Below, piece after piece: positions 47,101 through 58,200 of a stretch of DNA of 64,000 bases; within the stretch, counting starts at the first letter, position 1, and each line of letters starts with the position of its first letter. Made by a program: the position numbers and the translations under genes. Under the pieces are notes generated by a model. The model saw nothing but the letters and a program-made list of their open reading frames with translations, was not told the DNA's origin and made no database searches. This DNA comes from a virus (Duplodnaviria; Caudoviricetes): IMG/VR virus record IMGVR_UViG_3300032030_000035, positions 1 through 64,000 of that record. One strand, given 5' to 3'.

Positions 47101-50100
47101 CATCCAAGCACTTTGTAATTCCTCAAGAGTATAAGAATTACTATCTAATAAGTAAAACTTAGATAACAGATTATTTAAACTTTGTTGCCAACTTACAAAA
47201 TCTCTACCGGCGGTTTGACAAATATCGGAAAGAATTTGTAAACTACTATATTCTTCCTTATCTGTTAACAAATAAGTTACTTGAGCAATAACATCTGTTT
47301 CTAACTTAGAACGCTCCATTAAGTCAATAGAAGAAACATCATATAAATTAGCAATTTTATCATAAATATTACTTATTGTAATATTTGTTGAACTTACCTG
47401 CGGCAAGGCGATAAAATTTGATATTTTAGAATAGATATTCTTAATAGTATCTTCTTCTTGAGGTGATAACGCTTTTATAGATGCTATTAAAGAACTTATC
47501 TCATTAACAGTATTGTCATAACTATTTATTGTATCAACTACGCTATTAGTAATTGTATTTCCATCGGTATCTGTTATAAATGGTTTTAAGAAATCTTTTG
47601 TCCATGCGGCGGTATGACCTGAGATACCTGTCGATAAAGTTGATAAATTAGTAAGATCATTCTTTGTAAACTTATCACTAATTAAACCGTATACTTTATT
47701 CCTTAATTTGTAAATCTCAAGTTTAGCACTTAAAATATAAGTTAAGAAATCATAACCCGCATCAATAATTTCTGCTTGTGTGGTAGTATCAAATGTAACC
47801 TGGAAAAGATGTTGATAATTATTTAAAATCTTTTCTATTGTAGATAATTTATTTAATAAATCTGAACGATATGTTAAATATGGATTATCATTATTTACAT
47901 CCGCTACCCAGTTAACAATTTCACTGATTCTATTTTTATAACAATCTTTTAATGTTACCTGTAACTGAGCTTTTTCATCTTCAAGATACTGGATACAATT
48001 TTCATCTTGTCCATCTTGATTTGCGCCATTATCAATTATAGATAATGTATTCTCATAATTTTCAGTTAAAATTGTTAAATTAGTGTATTTATCTAAGAAA
48101 TATTGTAAGTTAGGTATTGAAGAATTATTTAATAAATATTTATACTCAAATAAATTTATATTATTGTTATAAATATTTTTAACTCTTGTAGATACTTTGT
48201 TATAAGTATTTAATAATTCTTGCGTTGTATAAGTTCCTAAATCACAATTCTTAATATTAGTTAAATTGTTAATGTCAGACTGTAAAACAAGAGAGATACC
48301 ATTAACAACCTCTTCAGATAACTCAACAACATATGAATTATTCCAATAACTAGTATCGGTATTTGTAATATATGCCGTAATTAAATCTGATAACGGTTTT
48401 ACATAATTTGTTAAAATATCTTCTTTTAAGTCTTGACTTGCTTTAGTCCAAGTAGATACTTGTTTTGCGGCAGTCGCATAAGAACTAGTATAGTTATCTA
48501 ATAAGCTATACCAAGCATTATACCTGTCATCATAATCTACATCTTGCTCATTAAGACCTTCAATCTCATCCGTTATAACGGTAACACCAACCGCCGCATC
48601 CGCAGAGTCTGCAGAAGGTAATAAAGATTCAATTTCTGAATAATCAGTTAAAATATCATAATTATCTATTTGAGCTTTTAATGTAGCAACTTCACTCTCA
48701 TCAACCGCAACCATAAATCTCTTTAAAAGTTCTTGAGCTTCTGCAAGATTGTGTAATGCAGATTGGTAAGAACTTTCTTTTGAAGAATAATTTATATTGT
48801 TAATAGTTGGATTCTGAATTTCAAGTATTTCTTGTAAAGCATTTATATAATCAGTATTTTCAATTAAATTTGCAGTATCTTTATATCTTCCATAAAAACT
48901 ATTAGTTTTAAATATCTGAATAAGGATATCGTAAATTTTCTTTTCATAGTCTTTTAACTCTGAAATAATACTATTTATACTTGTAGCATAATTATCATCG
49001 CCTCTATCATAATAAGTTCTTTCAAGAGCGGTTTGATAATTAGATGTTGCTGTTTCTTTATTATTGTTTTGCTCAGTTATTTTAGCATCTACCGCATTTA
49101 TTTCAGCAATAGTATCTAATTCTTTCTGAGTTGGTTCAATATCAAAAGTAGTAGCTAAATTTTTAAGTTCTTCATACTGAATGACGTTACGAGCTATTTC
49201 TGAAGTATCAATATCTAAACTTGTCTGTATCTCTAAAAGTTTCTCATTAACCTCTTCAGGTGTAAGAGACCCTTCTCCAGAAATATTTGGTGACATAACA
49301 ACAGAAACATAGTTATTAGCCATACCATCATCATATTTACTTACAGGTCTTATATCTGCGGAAGTCTGCTGTATTTTCTCTTTCATTAAGAGCTTTTCAC
49401 TTAACCGCCATTCATAGTTAAAGCAATCTGTATCTCCATTAATTTCCATGCCGGAATTAATATTGAATATTGCTCCACTATTACCTCCATCCCATTGAGG
49501 ATTTGACCCATCCGCCGCATAAGTTACAATACTATATCCTTTTGTTAAAGAAGGGAAATAAGTCATTTTGTCAAATAACTCTTTATCAACCCTTATTAAC
49601 TCAACAGGATAAAAAGCATAAATAACAGTATCAGCTTCTTCTTTACTGCCAGAATTAATAGTTATTTTTGCTTGAATAACTAAAATTTTATTATCACCAA
49701 TAGCAGTAGTATTCCAATCACTATTTCTATTTGTCGCAATACAAAGTTTACCATCTGAAGTAATTGTGAAGAATGGCTTTATTGCAGCTTCATCAAAAAT
49801 ACCCCATTCGATATTGTAATCAAAAGGATTAGCAACTAAAACTCCATCTTTATAAACCTCCACTCCTAAAGGATTTAAACCTGCGGGAGGGAAGTAGTTT
49901 ACATCGCAGAAGTTAGCATCTACAAGGTCAGAATTTGTAGGTAAAATATACCAAGGACCATGTGTACTAGTATCATCTGCAATAAACATAAGTTTTAATT
50001 TCTGCTCAATACCTGTAAAGTCCTTTTTACCATATCCGACTCCATTATAAGTTAATACCGCAGAATACTTAGTACCGTTAGTACCATTATCGCCTTCTTT

Positions 50101-52134
50101 GATAAACTGTATATCCGCAGTACCAGATAATAATAAATCATTATTTACAACATTTAAATAAACTACATTATTATTTTTATTGTAATTATAATTTTTACTA
50201 ATTGTATAATCAATGTCAAACTTACCATATTTACTTACAATATAACTATCATCAGTTTCAGAAAATTGAATATTTTTAGCCTTTTTATAACCATCAATAT
50301 CAAAATTCATCATTGAGTTTTTAGGTAATGTCCAAGTAAATAAGCAAGTATTATAAGTTTCTTCGCTATACTCCTCACCCGCCGCATCGTAAATAGTACA
50401 AGATAATGGATCTATTGTACTAATTCTTGAACTAAGCGGACCATCATAAAACTCTGACTGAGGTGAGTTACCATAACTATCATACTTATATAATTTATTG
50501 CTATTGCTCATAGAAAGATAACTTCCATCTACACTATTAATAGCAATAAGTTTTTGTACAGTACCAACAAGTTTATTATTACCGTTAGAATCTGTACGAT
50601 ATACGGTACATACTATAAGGTTCATATCATTTGTAATTAAAGAACCATAAAATTGTATATCTGTTATATATTCTCTTTGACCTGTTGTTTCATCAATAAC
50701 TGAAACATAGTTTGTTCTACAGTTATCTCCTTTATTCCAGAAATTATTATCTATATAATCTCCATCAGAGCCATATCTCATCCAAGCATAAGTTAAATGA
50801 GAATTATCTTCACTATAATCTGATAAGGTATTAACTTTACAGGTTAAAGTAATTAAATCATTTTTTAACGCAAAAGCAGGATTAGACTCAAGAGAAATAG
50901 AAACTTGACTATCTAAATTTTCAATTAGAATAGTTTGTCCTACATTAGTGCCATTATAAATAATTATGCACTTATATTTTGCGGAAGTCTCTATATCACT
51001 TTGCTTAACTGTAAGTGAATATTCATCAGTATTGAGAATACTTTCAGATACAGTACCATCCGAACTTTCTTGTTCTGAATATGTATTAAGGCATCTCCAT
51101 CCATAGCCGCCTAAAGTATTGTAGTTTTGAGAACCATATACTACGCTACTATCTTGTACAAACCAATAACAAGCAAGATTGTTTAACGAAGTTTCAGCTC
51201 CGTTGATTAATAATGTAGGAGTAATCTTTTTAACAGTTCTAAATCTACTTCCTAAGAAGAAATTACCCTCAGTTGCGGTTAATAATAAATGGTATCCCGC
51301 AGTTTCACTTGAATCTATAACTTCAACGGGATAGAATTGAATATTACTAAGAAAGATATCATAGTAATCATCATATTGACTATCATTACTTACTCCAAAG
51401 CCTTTACAGAAACCTTTAATCTGGATTTCATTTGTTCTTGAATTATCATAAATTAAATCATCTTCAATAGTAACATATAATTTTTGAGTAACATAATCTA
51501 CAAAGTCATATGGAGAACCATACATTTTTTCAGTATTAAAGTAATATGTCTTTGTAACTTCTTCTGCGGCATCTCCAGTTATACGCTTAAACGGAAGTGT
51601 TAATTCTATACCATAGTCACCATTAACCTTCTGGTAGGGGTCTTCTATGGCAGTTTTTACGTCTAAACTTAAACAAAAAGTTTTATTTCTCTCTAAATAA
51701 TGTGAAAATATTATATTAAAATTGCTTCCCGCAATTGCATTAGCATCTTTCTCTTCTGGACTATGATAAGTACAAAAAGCTAAATCGGTAATAGAATCAA
51801 AAATTGACTCTCCAATTTTCTTATATTGTACCTCAGAAGTTATATCATAAAGACCAACATAAGGATTACTAGAGCCAATAATTGTCAGCGTACTATCTAA
51901 TGCGCCATCTTTACTTAATACAAAAACAGAATCACCTTTTGAGTAGTGCGTAGTAATAGTATTAGAATATGCTCTTAACGTCTGTTTTAAATATTCAACT
52001 GAATATAAACCAATAGACGCATCTACTATATCTACAATAGTACATTCAATAACTTTCACGTTCTTTTGTTTATCAAGAGAACTACCAATGAGAGTTTCTA
52101 TTGAATCTAATATTTCTTGTGCTATTGTACTCAT
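44179..52134 (-). CDS. Very large tail-tip / central spike protein (2651 aa)
   Basis: Directly downstream of the tape measure gene; beta-rich N-terminus, central helical region, WDGN..APQIGAG and beta-strand repeat C-terminus. Confidence 0.65.
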   Translation of the reverse strand: MSTIAQEILDSIETLIGSSLDKQKNVKVIECTIVDIVDASIGLYSVEYLKQTLRAYSNTITTHYSKGDSVFVLSKDGALDSTLTIIGSSNPYVGLYDITSEVQYKKIGESIFDSITDLAFCTYHSPEEKDANAIAGSNFNIIFSHYLERNKTFCLSLDVKTAIEDPYQKVNGDYGIELTLPFKRITGDAAEEVTKTYYFNTEKMYGSPYDFVDYVTQKLYVTIEDDLIYDNSRTNEIQIKGFCKGFGVSNDSQYDDYYDIFLSNIQFYPVEVIDSSETAGYHLLLTATEGNFFLGSRFRTVKKITPTLLINGAETSLNNLACYWFVQDSSVVYGSQNYNTLGGYGWRCLNTYSEQESSDGTVSESILNTDEYSLTVKQSDIETSAKYKCIIIYNGTNVGQTILIENLDSQVSISLESNPAFALKNDLITLTCKVNTLSDYSEDNSHLTYAWMRYGSDGDYIDNNFWNKGDNCRTNYVSVIDETTGQREYITDIQFYGSLITNDMNLIVCTVYRTDSNGNNKLVGTVQKLIAINSVDGSYLSMSNSNKLYKYDSYGNSPQSEFYDGPLSSRISTIDPLSCTIYDAAGEEYSEETYNTCLFTWTLPKNSMMNFDIDGYKKAKNIQFSETDDSYIVSKYGKFDIDYTISKNYNYNKNNNVVYLNVVNNDLLLSGTADIQFIKEGDNGTNGTKYSAVLTYNGVGYGKKDFTGIEQKLKLMFIADDTSTHGPWYILPTNSDLVDANFCDVNYFPPAGLNPLGVEVYKDGVLVANPFDYNIEWGIFDEAAIKPFFTITSDGKLCIATNRNSDWNTTAIGDNKILVIQAKITINSGSKEEADTVIYAFYPVELIRVDKELFDKMTYFPSLTKGYSIVTYAADGSNPQWDGGNSGAIFNINSGMEINGDTDCFNYEWRLSEKLLMKEKIQQTSADIRPVSKYDDGMANNYVSVVMSPNISGEGSLTPEEVNEKLLEIQTSLDIDTSEIARNVIQYEELKNLATTFDIEPTQKELDTIAEINAVDAKITEQNNNKETATSNYQTALERTYYDRGDDNYATSINSIISELKDYEKKIYDILIQIFKTNSFYGRYKDTANLIENTDYINALQEILEIQNPTINNINYSSKESSYQSALHNLAEAQELLKRFMVAVDESEVATLKAQIDNYDILTDYSEIESLLPSADSADAAVGVTVITDEIEGLNEQDVDYDDRYNAWYSLLDNYTSSYATAAKQVSTWTKASQDLKEDILTNYVKPLSDLITAYITNTDTSYWNNSYVVELSEEVVNGISLVLQSDINNLTNIKNCDLGTYTTQELLNTYNKVSTRVKNIYNNNINLFEYKYLLNNSSIPNLQYFLDKYTNLTILTENYENTLSIIDNGANQDGQDENCIQYLEDEKAQLQVTLKDCYKNRISEIVNWVADVNNDNPYLTYRSDLLNKLSTIEKILNNYQHLFQVTFDTTTQAEIIDAGYDFLTYILSAKLEIYKLRNKVYGLISDKFTKNDLTNLSTLSTGISGHTAAWTKDFLKPFITDTDGNTITNSVVDTINSYDNTVNEISSLIASIKALSPQEEDTIKNIYSKISNFIALPQVSSTNITISNIYDKIANLYDVSSIDLMERSKLETDVIAQVTYLLTDKEEYSSLQILSDICQTAGRDFVSWQQSLNNLLSKFYLLDSNSYTLEELQSAWMGRQNKVISSVNYQSVLIKNFVDLLSSFYDCIYSDNSITINMDPETGEFIKINPFMNLDSHDSELIKNIDSLLEEYNILRARQKIVTLTNPSYIVYLKPIIFRLNTNEFGWLNDWDGNKLYIDENGEYIIAPQIGAGAKDEANRFTGITMGVKKTAESTKSQIGLFGFSAGRQSIFLDAKTGKAQFGLSKAGQITLDPTDDVARLYSGNFYEWNADGTANYNKETGKGMLIDLTTPEIRFGNGGFWVDKNGQMHVGGTDKTEATGNIDSGNSEENGSIDIDDPGLYYYNGYDKFYWEETNGDYEATIVKHGFESTLTPLLMTDSSGYYHYDDNGEDIQVYFCRDGYDLRDSNGNIVNSGSIGPYVRRTTIQTYDSSSSLQDTVCYYFYDDNDVIHYYFYDRDLEEYLFYDSTEVRFWYWDEELMSKVYYEPDTNMYFYYLDGIKTYLKAKSSELGGWRIGEDRIFSENHKMTLYSAYNSPNKSPAIYSGDGYSGDLTEASERRLHSSFESEKNGFYLGDEGLSIGKIVRANNNEFYLGNNNKKYFRAYVDDTNYGKIELGSIKGTVKPDMIGDTDVFKSVSSLEPLATETLPNLDVSDPNRYRIYKINSLGIDKASDPIYEAYNRYYLFSFKVADEWYEITPYYRNNIVVPGYQPIEEDLCFYICEHKYNRRWDLGASNKAAYFYYSEERAKNLDRTNFDLKTALLLDREGTQAHPKKIYIGSDGLLVSDQFRVDIHGNVAIGDVTYSETNSVCWKFNTSSDKSRAFMYYSSNDKSSNRYAILNAQGKETSMTTYVGTDGTRIGNIFKARVGSDITDPGGLEIGNLPSRHFAVSERSAVQLRDAETVITAEGGSIGSVPYWGRNGILYENDPYKMEYETVVGRGSINTKHYCIMSHLFEAGDTFYLDNSNSSDGRFICQIKAENFYIGIPDETTPTVEIDGVLYPRTTYVSLADYIAMQGGGGGNLPAAENYAF

Positions 52135-52166
52135 TTATGATTTCCTCCTTTTTTCTCATTTTATAT

Positions 52167-52208
52167 TATATATAAAACTTGGAAATAAAATATTATTTAA
52201 AAAAGACC
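52167..52208 (-). promoter_or_regulatory. Putative phage-specific (class II) promoter
   Basis: Reverse strand GGTC-N9-TAAT-N16-TTATATATA. Confidence 0.55.
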
Positions 52209-52240
52209 AAAAAAAAAGAAGGGGAGCATTTCGCTCCCCT
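52209..52240 (-). terminator. Terminator after the tape measure gene
   Basis: AGGGGAGC/GCTCCCCT stem with a T run on the - strand. Confidence 0.8.
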
Positions 52241-52245
52241 ATCTT

Positions 52246-55200
52246 TTAAATAGTTTGTAATCCTGTCCTTTGTGCGGCAAGGTTTGGTAAACTTAATAAA
52301 GCTTCTCTGATATCATTTACATCATTTGCGGCAGGGAATTCTGCATTAATGTTGTAAACATTATTCGAACCGCTATTATTAGTTATGTTACCAGTTCCAC
52401 TTACTCCGCTTATCCTTCCTAATGCAGCAGCTATTGATTCCGCAATAGCAGACTGAATTGAAGAATTAATTCCAGACAATTGTCTTATAATTGAAACTGC
52501 TTCAAGCATATTTGCCGTATCATCAGCGTTGAGAACTAATTCCTTCTGATGTAATACTGCAAATTTGCCATCATCATTACTCCAATCTCCAGTATAACCA
52601 CCGGATGCAAAATGAGATGCTGTAGTGGTATTTAAAACTGGAAGAGTCATCATCCATTTAAGAATTTCATCATCTGACATAGTTTGTCTTTTTTTCTCTA
52701 AATTCTCATTTGAAATATAACCATGATCAGCAAGATAATCTAATAAACCGTTATATCCATCAGAACTTGTTCCCGCAATATGCACCCAATTATTTTGTTT
52801 AGTATCCCAAATACCATAGTTTCCACCAAATTGACTTTCAATTTTCCAATCTCTTATGTTGGAACTACTATCGTAAGAAGAACTAGAACCACCGCCACCA
52901 GTTCCGCCTGCTGCAGCTCTTTGGAATTCATACTCCTTCTGGATCGCTTCATCTAAAACTGAAACAAATTCTATCGCAGCCTGTTTAGCAGCACCGAGTT
53001 TACTGATATAATCCATCATTTCAATTCCGTTTTCATAAACAGAATCTTTAACTCTATACCAAGCGTCCTCTAAGAAACTGAGATAACTCTCATATTCTGC
53101 AAGTTCACTAGTAGCTGTAGCAACTAAATCACTAGTAGCATCCTGTAATTCCTCAGTAGCTTCAACATCTTCATAAATTTGGGCTTCTACATCGGCATAA
53201 TCTTCACCTGCGGCAATACATCCTTCTCTTACAGCTTCGCCGTAATCAAGTTGAGCTTGAGTACATATCGTCATAGCTTCAAGCATTGCATTTTTAACAC
53301 TGTCAGGATTGTTAGACCATATATCAGTAATTTCTGATGCAGCAGTAGCAAAGTAATCTATCGTTTCCCGCATAGCCTCATCACCATGCTCAACAATAGC
53401 GTCATAAGCCTCTCCCGCAGAATTATATACATCAGTAGCACTTTCAATAGCAAACTTAGCCATTTCATCAATAGCACGTTTCTGACTATCAATCATAAGA
53501 TTGTAGTTATCTGTATTTACCATGTACTCAGTAGCAAGTAAAGCATTTGTCTCTTCCGCAAGATTTACTTCATGAGCTTTTAATTCATCTGCTTTAGTGT
53601 TCATTTGAGTAGCATAATAATCATTATACCAATCAATCATCATCTGATACTGTGCTTTTTCTTCTTCGGTAGCGCCAATCATTTTAGCTTCAAGGTCTGC
53701 AATAGTAGTAGACCAATCCTCTGCAAGCTTTATCATTTCTTCTTTCAAATCAGAAACATTTTGCTTTACATATTCATAAGCTTCATATTGAGCATCTAAA
53801 AGAGCTTGCTGTTTGTCGTCTAAATCACCCTCATCCGCAACATATTGATAACTCCAGTTTCCTGCAGTATCTCTTGTTACTTTAAGAGCATTTTTATTAT
53901 TGCGGGCATCCTCAAGATCTGCCTCTGCCTGTGCAACAGCTAATCTCTTTTCAGCAAGAGTGATATCGTATTCAGTAAGAGTAGTTCTATCCTCTAAAGA
54001 TTTAACCTGACTCTCGTATAAATCCTGTAACTTTTGCTGAGACTTAGTAGTTGATGCTTTATCAATAGCCTCCTGGTACTTGAGACTTAACTTTTCTAAC
54101 TGATAAATCTTTTCCTGGTCATCGTAAACTCCATCAGCGGCTTCTTTCGCAAGATTCCACTGTTCAGATACGAAGTTATAACTTGAACCTTTCATCAGTT
54201 TCTTCTCAGCATCACTAAATGCCTTAGCCACTGTATTAGAATAACTCTTAGCAAGATTCTCTAAATAAGCCTCTTCTGCGGCATGAAGGTCTTTTATAGC
54301 ATCGTCCCATGCCTTTTTAAACTTCTGAGCAGCATCAGAATCTACGCCGTACTCTGCGGCAGCCTTTTCATACTGACTCTGATAGAAAGCATTCTGGTCT
54401 CTTAAAGAAGCTAACTGTGTAAGATAATTCTTTGACTGAGCGTTATATAAGCTATCAAGGAAATCATAAGCCTGTTGACCATAAAGCAACTCTATAATCT
54501 TTGATTGATGATTTAAGTCTGCGTTGATAGCCTCAATACTATTTTGAACTTCTCCAAATTTATCAATAACTTCATCAATAGCAGAATTGTAATTATCCCA
54601 ACCATTCTGATATAAGTCAAATAATGCTCCTGCATCATCTACAAGCTGATCTTGTAATTCCTTTAACTTATCCTGAGCCTGAGATATTGACTCGAACATA
54701 GAGCTATCTCCGCCGGCTTCCATCTTATCGATTTCCGCCATAACTTCTTTAGCTGCTTTAAGTTCATCATCAATAGTTCCGCCTTCTCCGCCAAGAGAAT
54801 TGGCATCAAATACAGCAGTTCTAAACTGAGTACCGAAATCAGTCCATCTTGACTTAAAGTTATCTTCTATCTTTCCGATAAAGTCATTCCAATCTCTATC
54901 TGCTTGATGAGTATCAAGTTTAAGAGTTAATTCTGTTTCCCAGCCGGTTAAGTTATTCTCTTTAATCTGACGGGTAATATCATCAAGTTTATCTTGAGTA
55001 TCCACCATTTTATTATAGAATAACTCGTCATATTTATCAAGAACCTCTTTGAAAGTATTGTAGTCTTTCTCGTAAGCCTCAAAACTTTCATCAGATATAT
55101 TACCAGCATTATAATCTGCAACTACCTGATTATACTGTTCAAGAGAAGCTTTAGTTTGAGCAAGATAATTCTGTATCTGTCCTTCACTATCAAAAATAAT

Positions 55201-58200
55201 TCCATAACCTTCAAGCTGTTCTCTTAACTCTGCGGCTTCCTTATGCTGTTCTGCGGCAAGGTCATTGTATTTCTGAGCCTGTATTTCAAGTAACTCATTT
55301 TCCGCCTTCAGAGAAGAAATTAATTCTGTACGAGATAATTTTTCCTGTTCCTTATCGAGTTTTGATAATGCATGAGTAACTTTCTCAATGGCATTATTAA
55401 TATCCCAATAACGATCATACTCATCATCGAAATCTTTTTCTTCTTTATCTTTTGTCTTATTACTACCACTTCCGCTACCAGTTCCTTCGAAATAATCAAT
55501 GGAACCCATTAAACGCAGTTTATTGTATGCGGCTTGGATGGCTTCTTCAGCAGCTTCAGTATTAACACCAAAATCTGAAGCACTTAATCCGGCTAATCTA
55601 TAAGCATCTTTACTAAACTGCTCAAGCAATTCTGTACCTGCCGCAACCTTATTAGCAGTCTGTAAAACGGTATCACCAAGTTCAGAATATGTGCTATTAT
55701 ATTTTTCAGTAGCTTCAGTAGCATTCTCTTCTGTAAGCCTATGGAGATCTGTTATAAGGTCAGCCATTACTTGCTGCCTCATATAAGCCATCTGAACATC
55801 CATTAAAGATGAATATGCTTCATTATTAATCTTTAACTGACCATTTTCAAGTTCAAGACTAGCCACAAAAGCATTATCCATTTCAACTAACTGTTGAATA
55901 CTATCTATTGAAAGCTTACCATTATCATTATAATCTTCAACAACACTTTGTAAAGATGAATATTGAGATTGTAACGTGTCAATAACAGCACCAATATTTT
56001 TATATTGCTTTTCAATTTCTTCATCTGCGGCAGCCGCATCTATAATACCAGCTTGTAGAGCCTCCATCTCGGCTTGAAGCTCATTTGTAGTATTGATTAC
56101 TTGACGGTTATATTTTTCAACAGCTCCTTGAGATGCTAAATAAGAATTTATTTGTTCAGTAAGTTCACTATAATTTTGTTTAGCTTTTTCTAAATTCTCA
56201 TTTGCTGCTTTTTGAAGAGTCTCATTACCATTAAGATCCTCATAATCAACTGTAGCTTGAGCTTCTTTTATTTGTTCTTGCGCTTTTGCTAATGCATCTG
56301 CAATTTCATCATTTCCAATAGCGCGTAAAACTTCTTCATATTTTTCTGCACTAATTTCTTCACTGGTTATTAATTCTTCAATGGCATTAAGTTGATCATC
56401 AGTTAACTGAGAAAAATCTATTGTAGAATATTTTTCTTCAAATAAATCTTCGGCTATATTAGCAGCCTGTCTAAACGTTTCGATATTGCTTTCATCAATA
56501 TCGAACATATCACCAAATTTTATTGAAGTAGGTAAAGTTTCTAATTCACCCTTTAACTCAGCAATAGCTTGTTTAGTAGCTTCCGCATTTTTACTAGTAT
56601 CAATTAAACCTTCAAGTAAAGCTTGACTTGCTACTCTTGTTTGAGTTTCGAAATCGCTATTTTCAAAGGTTTCACGATCCATGATTAAACCAGTTTTAAG
56701 TTTAATCTCAGGTCTTCCATCAGGGAATAAAGCATTTATTTCATCTTCTTCAAATTTACCTTTACCATTGGCAGCTGCGAGTGTGGCAGGTATGGTCATA
56801 GCAAATTCAGAATCAGAAACTAAATTAGCAAGATTACCATATTTCTCTAAGAATTCATCAATATCTTTACCAGTTGTCTTAAAATAATTCTGGAATCTAG
56901 CTAAAAATACTAATTCAGCCTGGGTATGTTCTGCAAACTCCTCGAAATAACCTTCGGGATCTCCAAAAATAGCTTCCGCAAGATTATAAGCCTGAATATT
57001 TTTAAGCCCTTCCCCAGAAAACTGTGAAAGTATCTTATTGGCTTCATCCTCTGCTTCATCTTGTTTTAAACCAGAATTTATTAATTCACTTATTATATCT
57101 TTTCGAGTAGCCAGAAAATTTGTAGATGCAACATCTGCACTCGTAAGGGTATTTGAAATAGATTCTTTTATTGCGGTTATTGCTTCAGTAGATAAAGTTG
57201 TTAATGCATCAACTTTATCACCTAACATATCAATATATTCATTCAGCTCTAATGCTACATCATTAGAAGATGAATTTATTAAATCTTTAAATCCTTGGGC
57301 ATCTTTTGCTAATAACTCAGCAAAGACTTCTTGATTAAGATAATCTCCTCCAAGGATTCCTCCAGTAATTAAATCTTCTAATCCATATTGACTAGCATAT
57401 TGATTTAATTGCTTTATATAATCGCTTTCACCAAAATCAATTCCTATACCACTTGTTAATGCAATATTATCACCTTCAGCAGAAAAGAACTGAGTTTTAC
57501 CATGTTCTGCGCCAGCATAAGCTAACATTGCATTTTCAATACTCTTTTTCTGACTTTCAATAGCTTTTTGAGTAGAATTTTTATATTCTTCACTTCTTAA
57601 ACCAAGATTATCTTCAATAATAGAATTTAATTCATCATAACTTGCGGAAAGTGATTTTACTGCGAGTTCTTCTTCACCATATTGTAAACATAACTTGTAA
57701 GTTTCATTTCTTAAATCTGTAATTGATCTAACATCTTCTGATTCGTTAAGTTCATCATATGCTTGCTTAAGATTTTTAATATTCTCATATTCTTCTTTTT
57801 TCTTCTCAGCAAGTTCCGCATCTTTCCTAGCAGCTTCTTCAGCATTCTTAGCATTCTTTTCAAGGGTATTGTTATAAACTGCAAGGGCTGCTTTTACACC
57901 AACAATAGCGACTCCAGCTATCGCAGCAACAGGTCCTAATGCACCAAGACCAGTATACACTTCTTTAATAGCTTTTAAAAGACCTCCACCTTTCTTAACG
58001 ATAGCATCTTTTAAACCTCCGATACCCTTTTTAGTAAGAATTTCAAATCCTTTAAAAAGAGTCTTTTGAGGATCTTTTAAATCTTCAATACTCTTTATAA
58101 TTTCGGTAATACCATTTTCGTCTCTTAATTCGTCTAATTTTTTCTGCTCATTGTCATTTGTTTTTTGAGTTTTATCTTTATCTTTTTGTACTTTTTTCTG

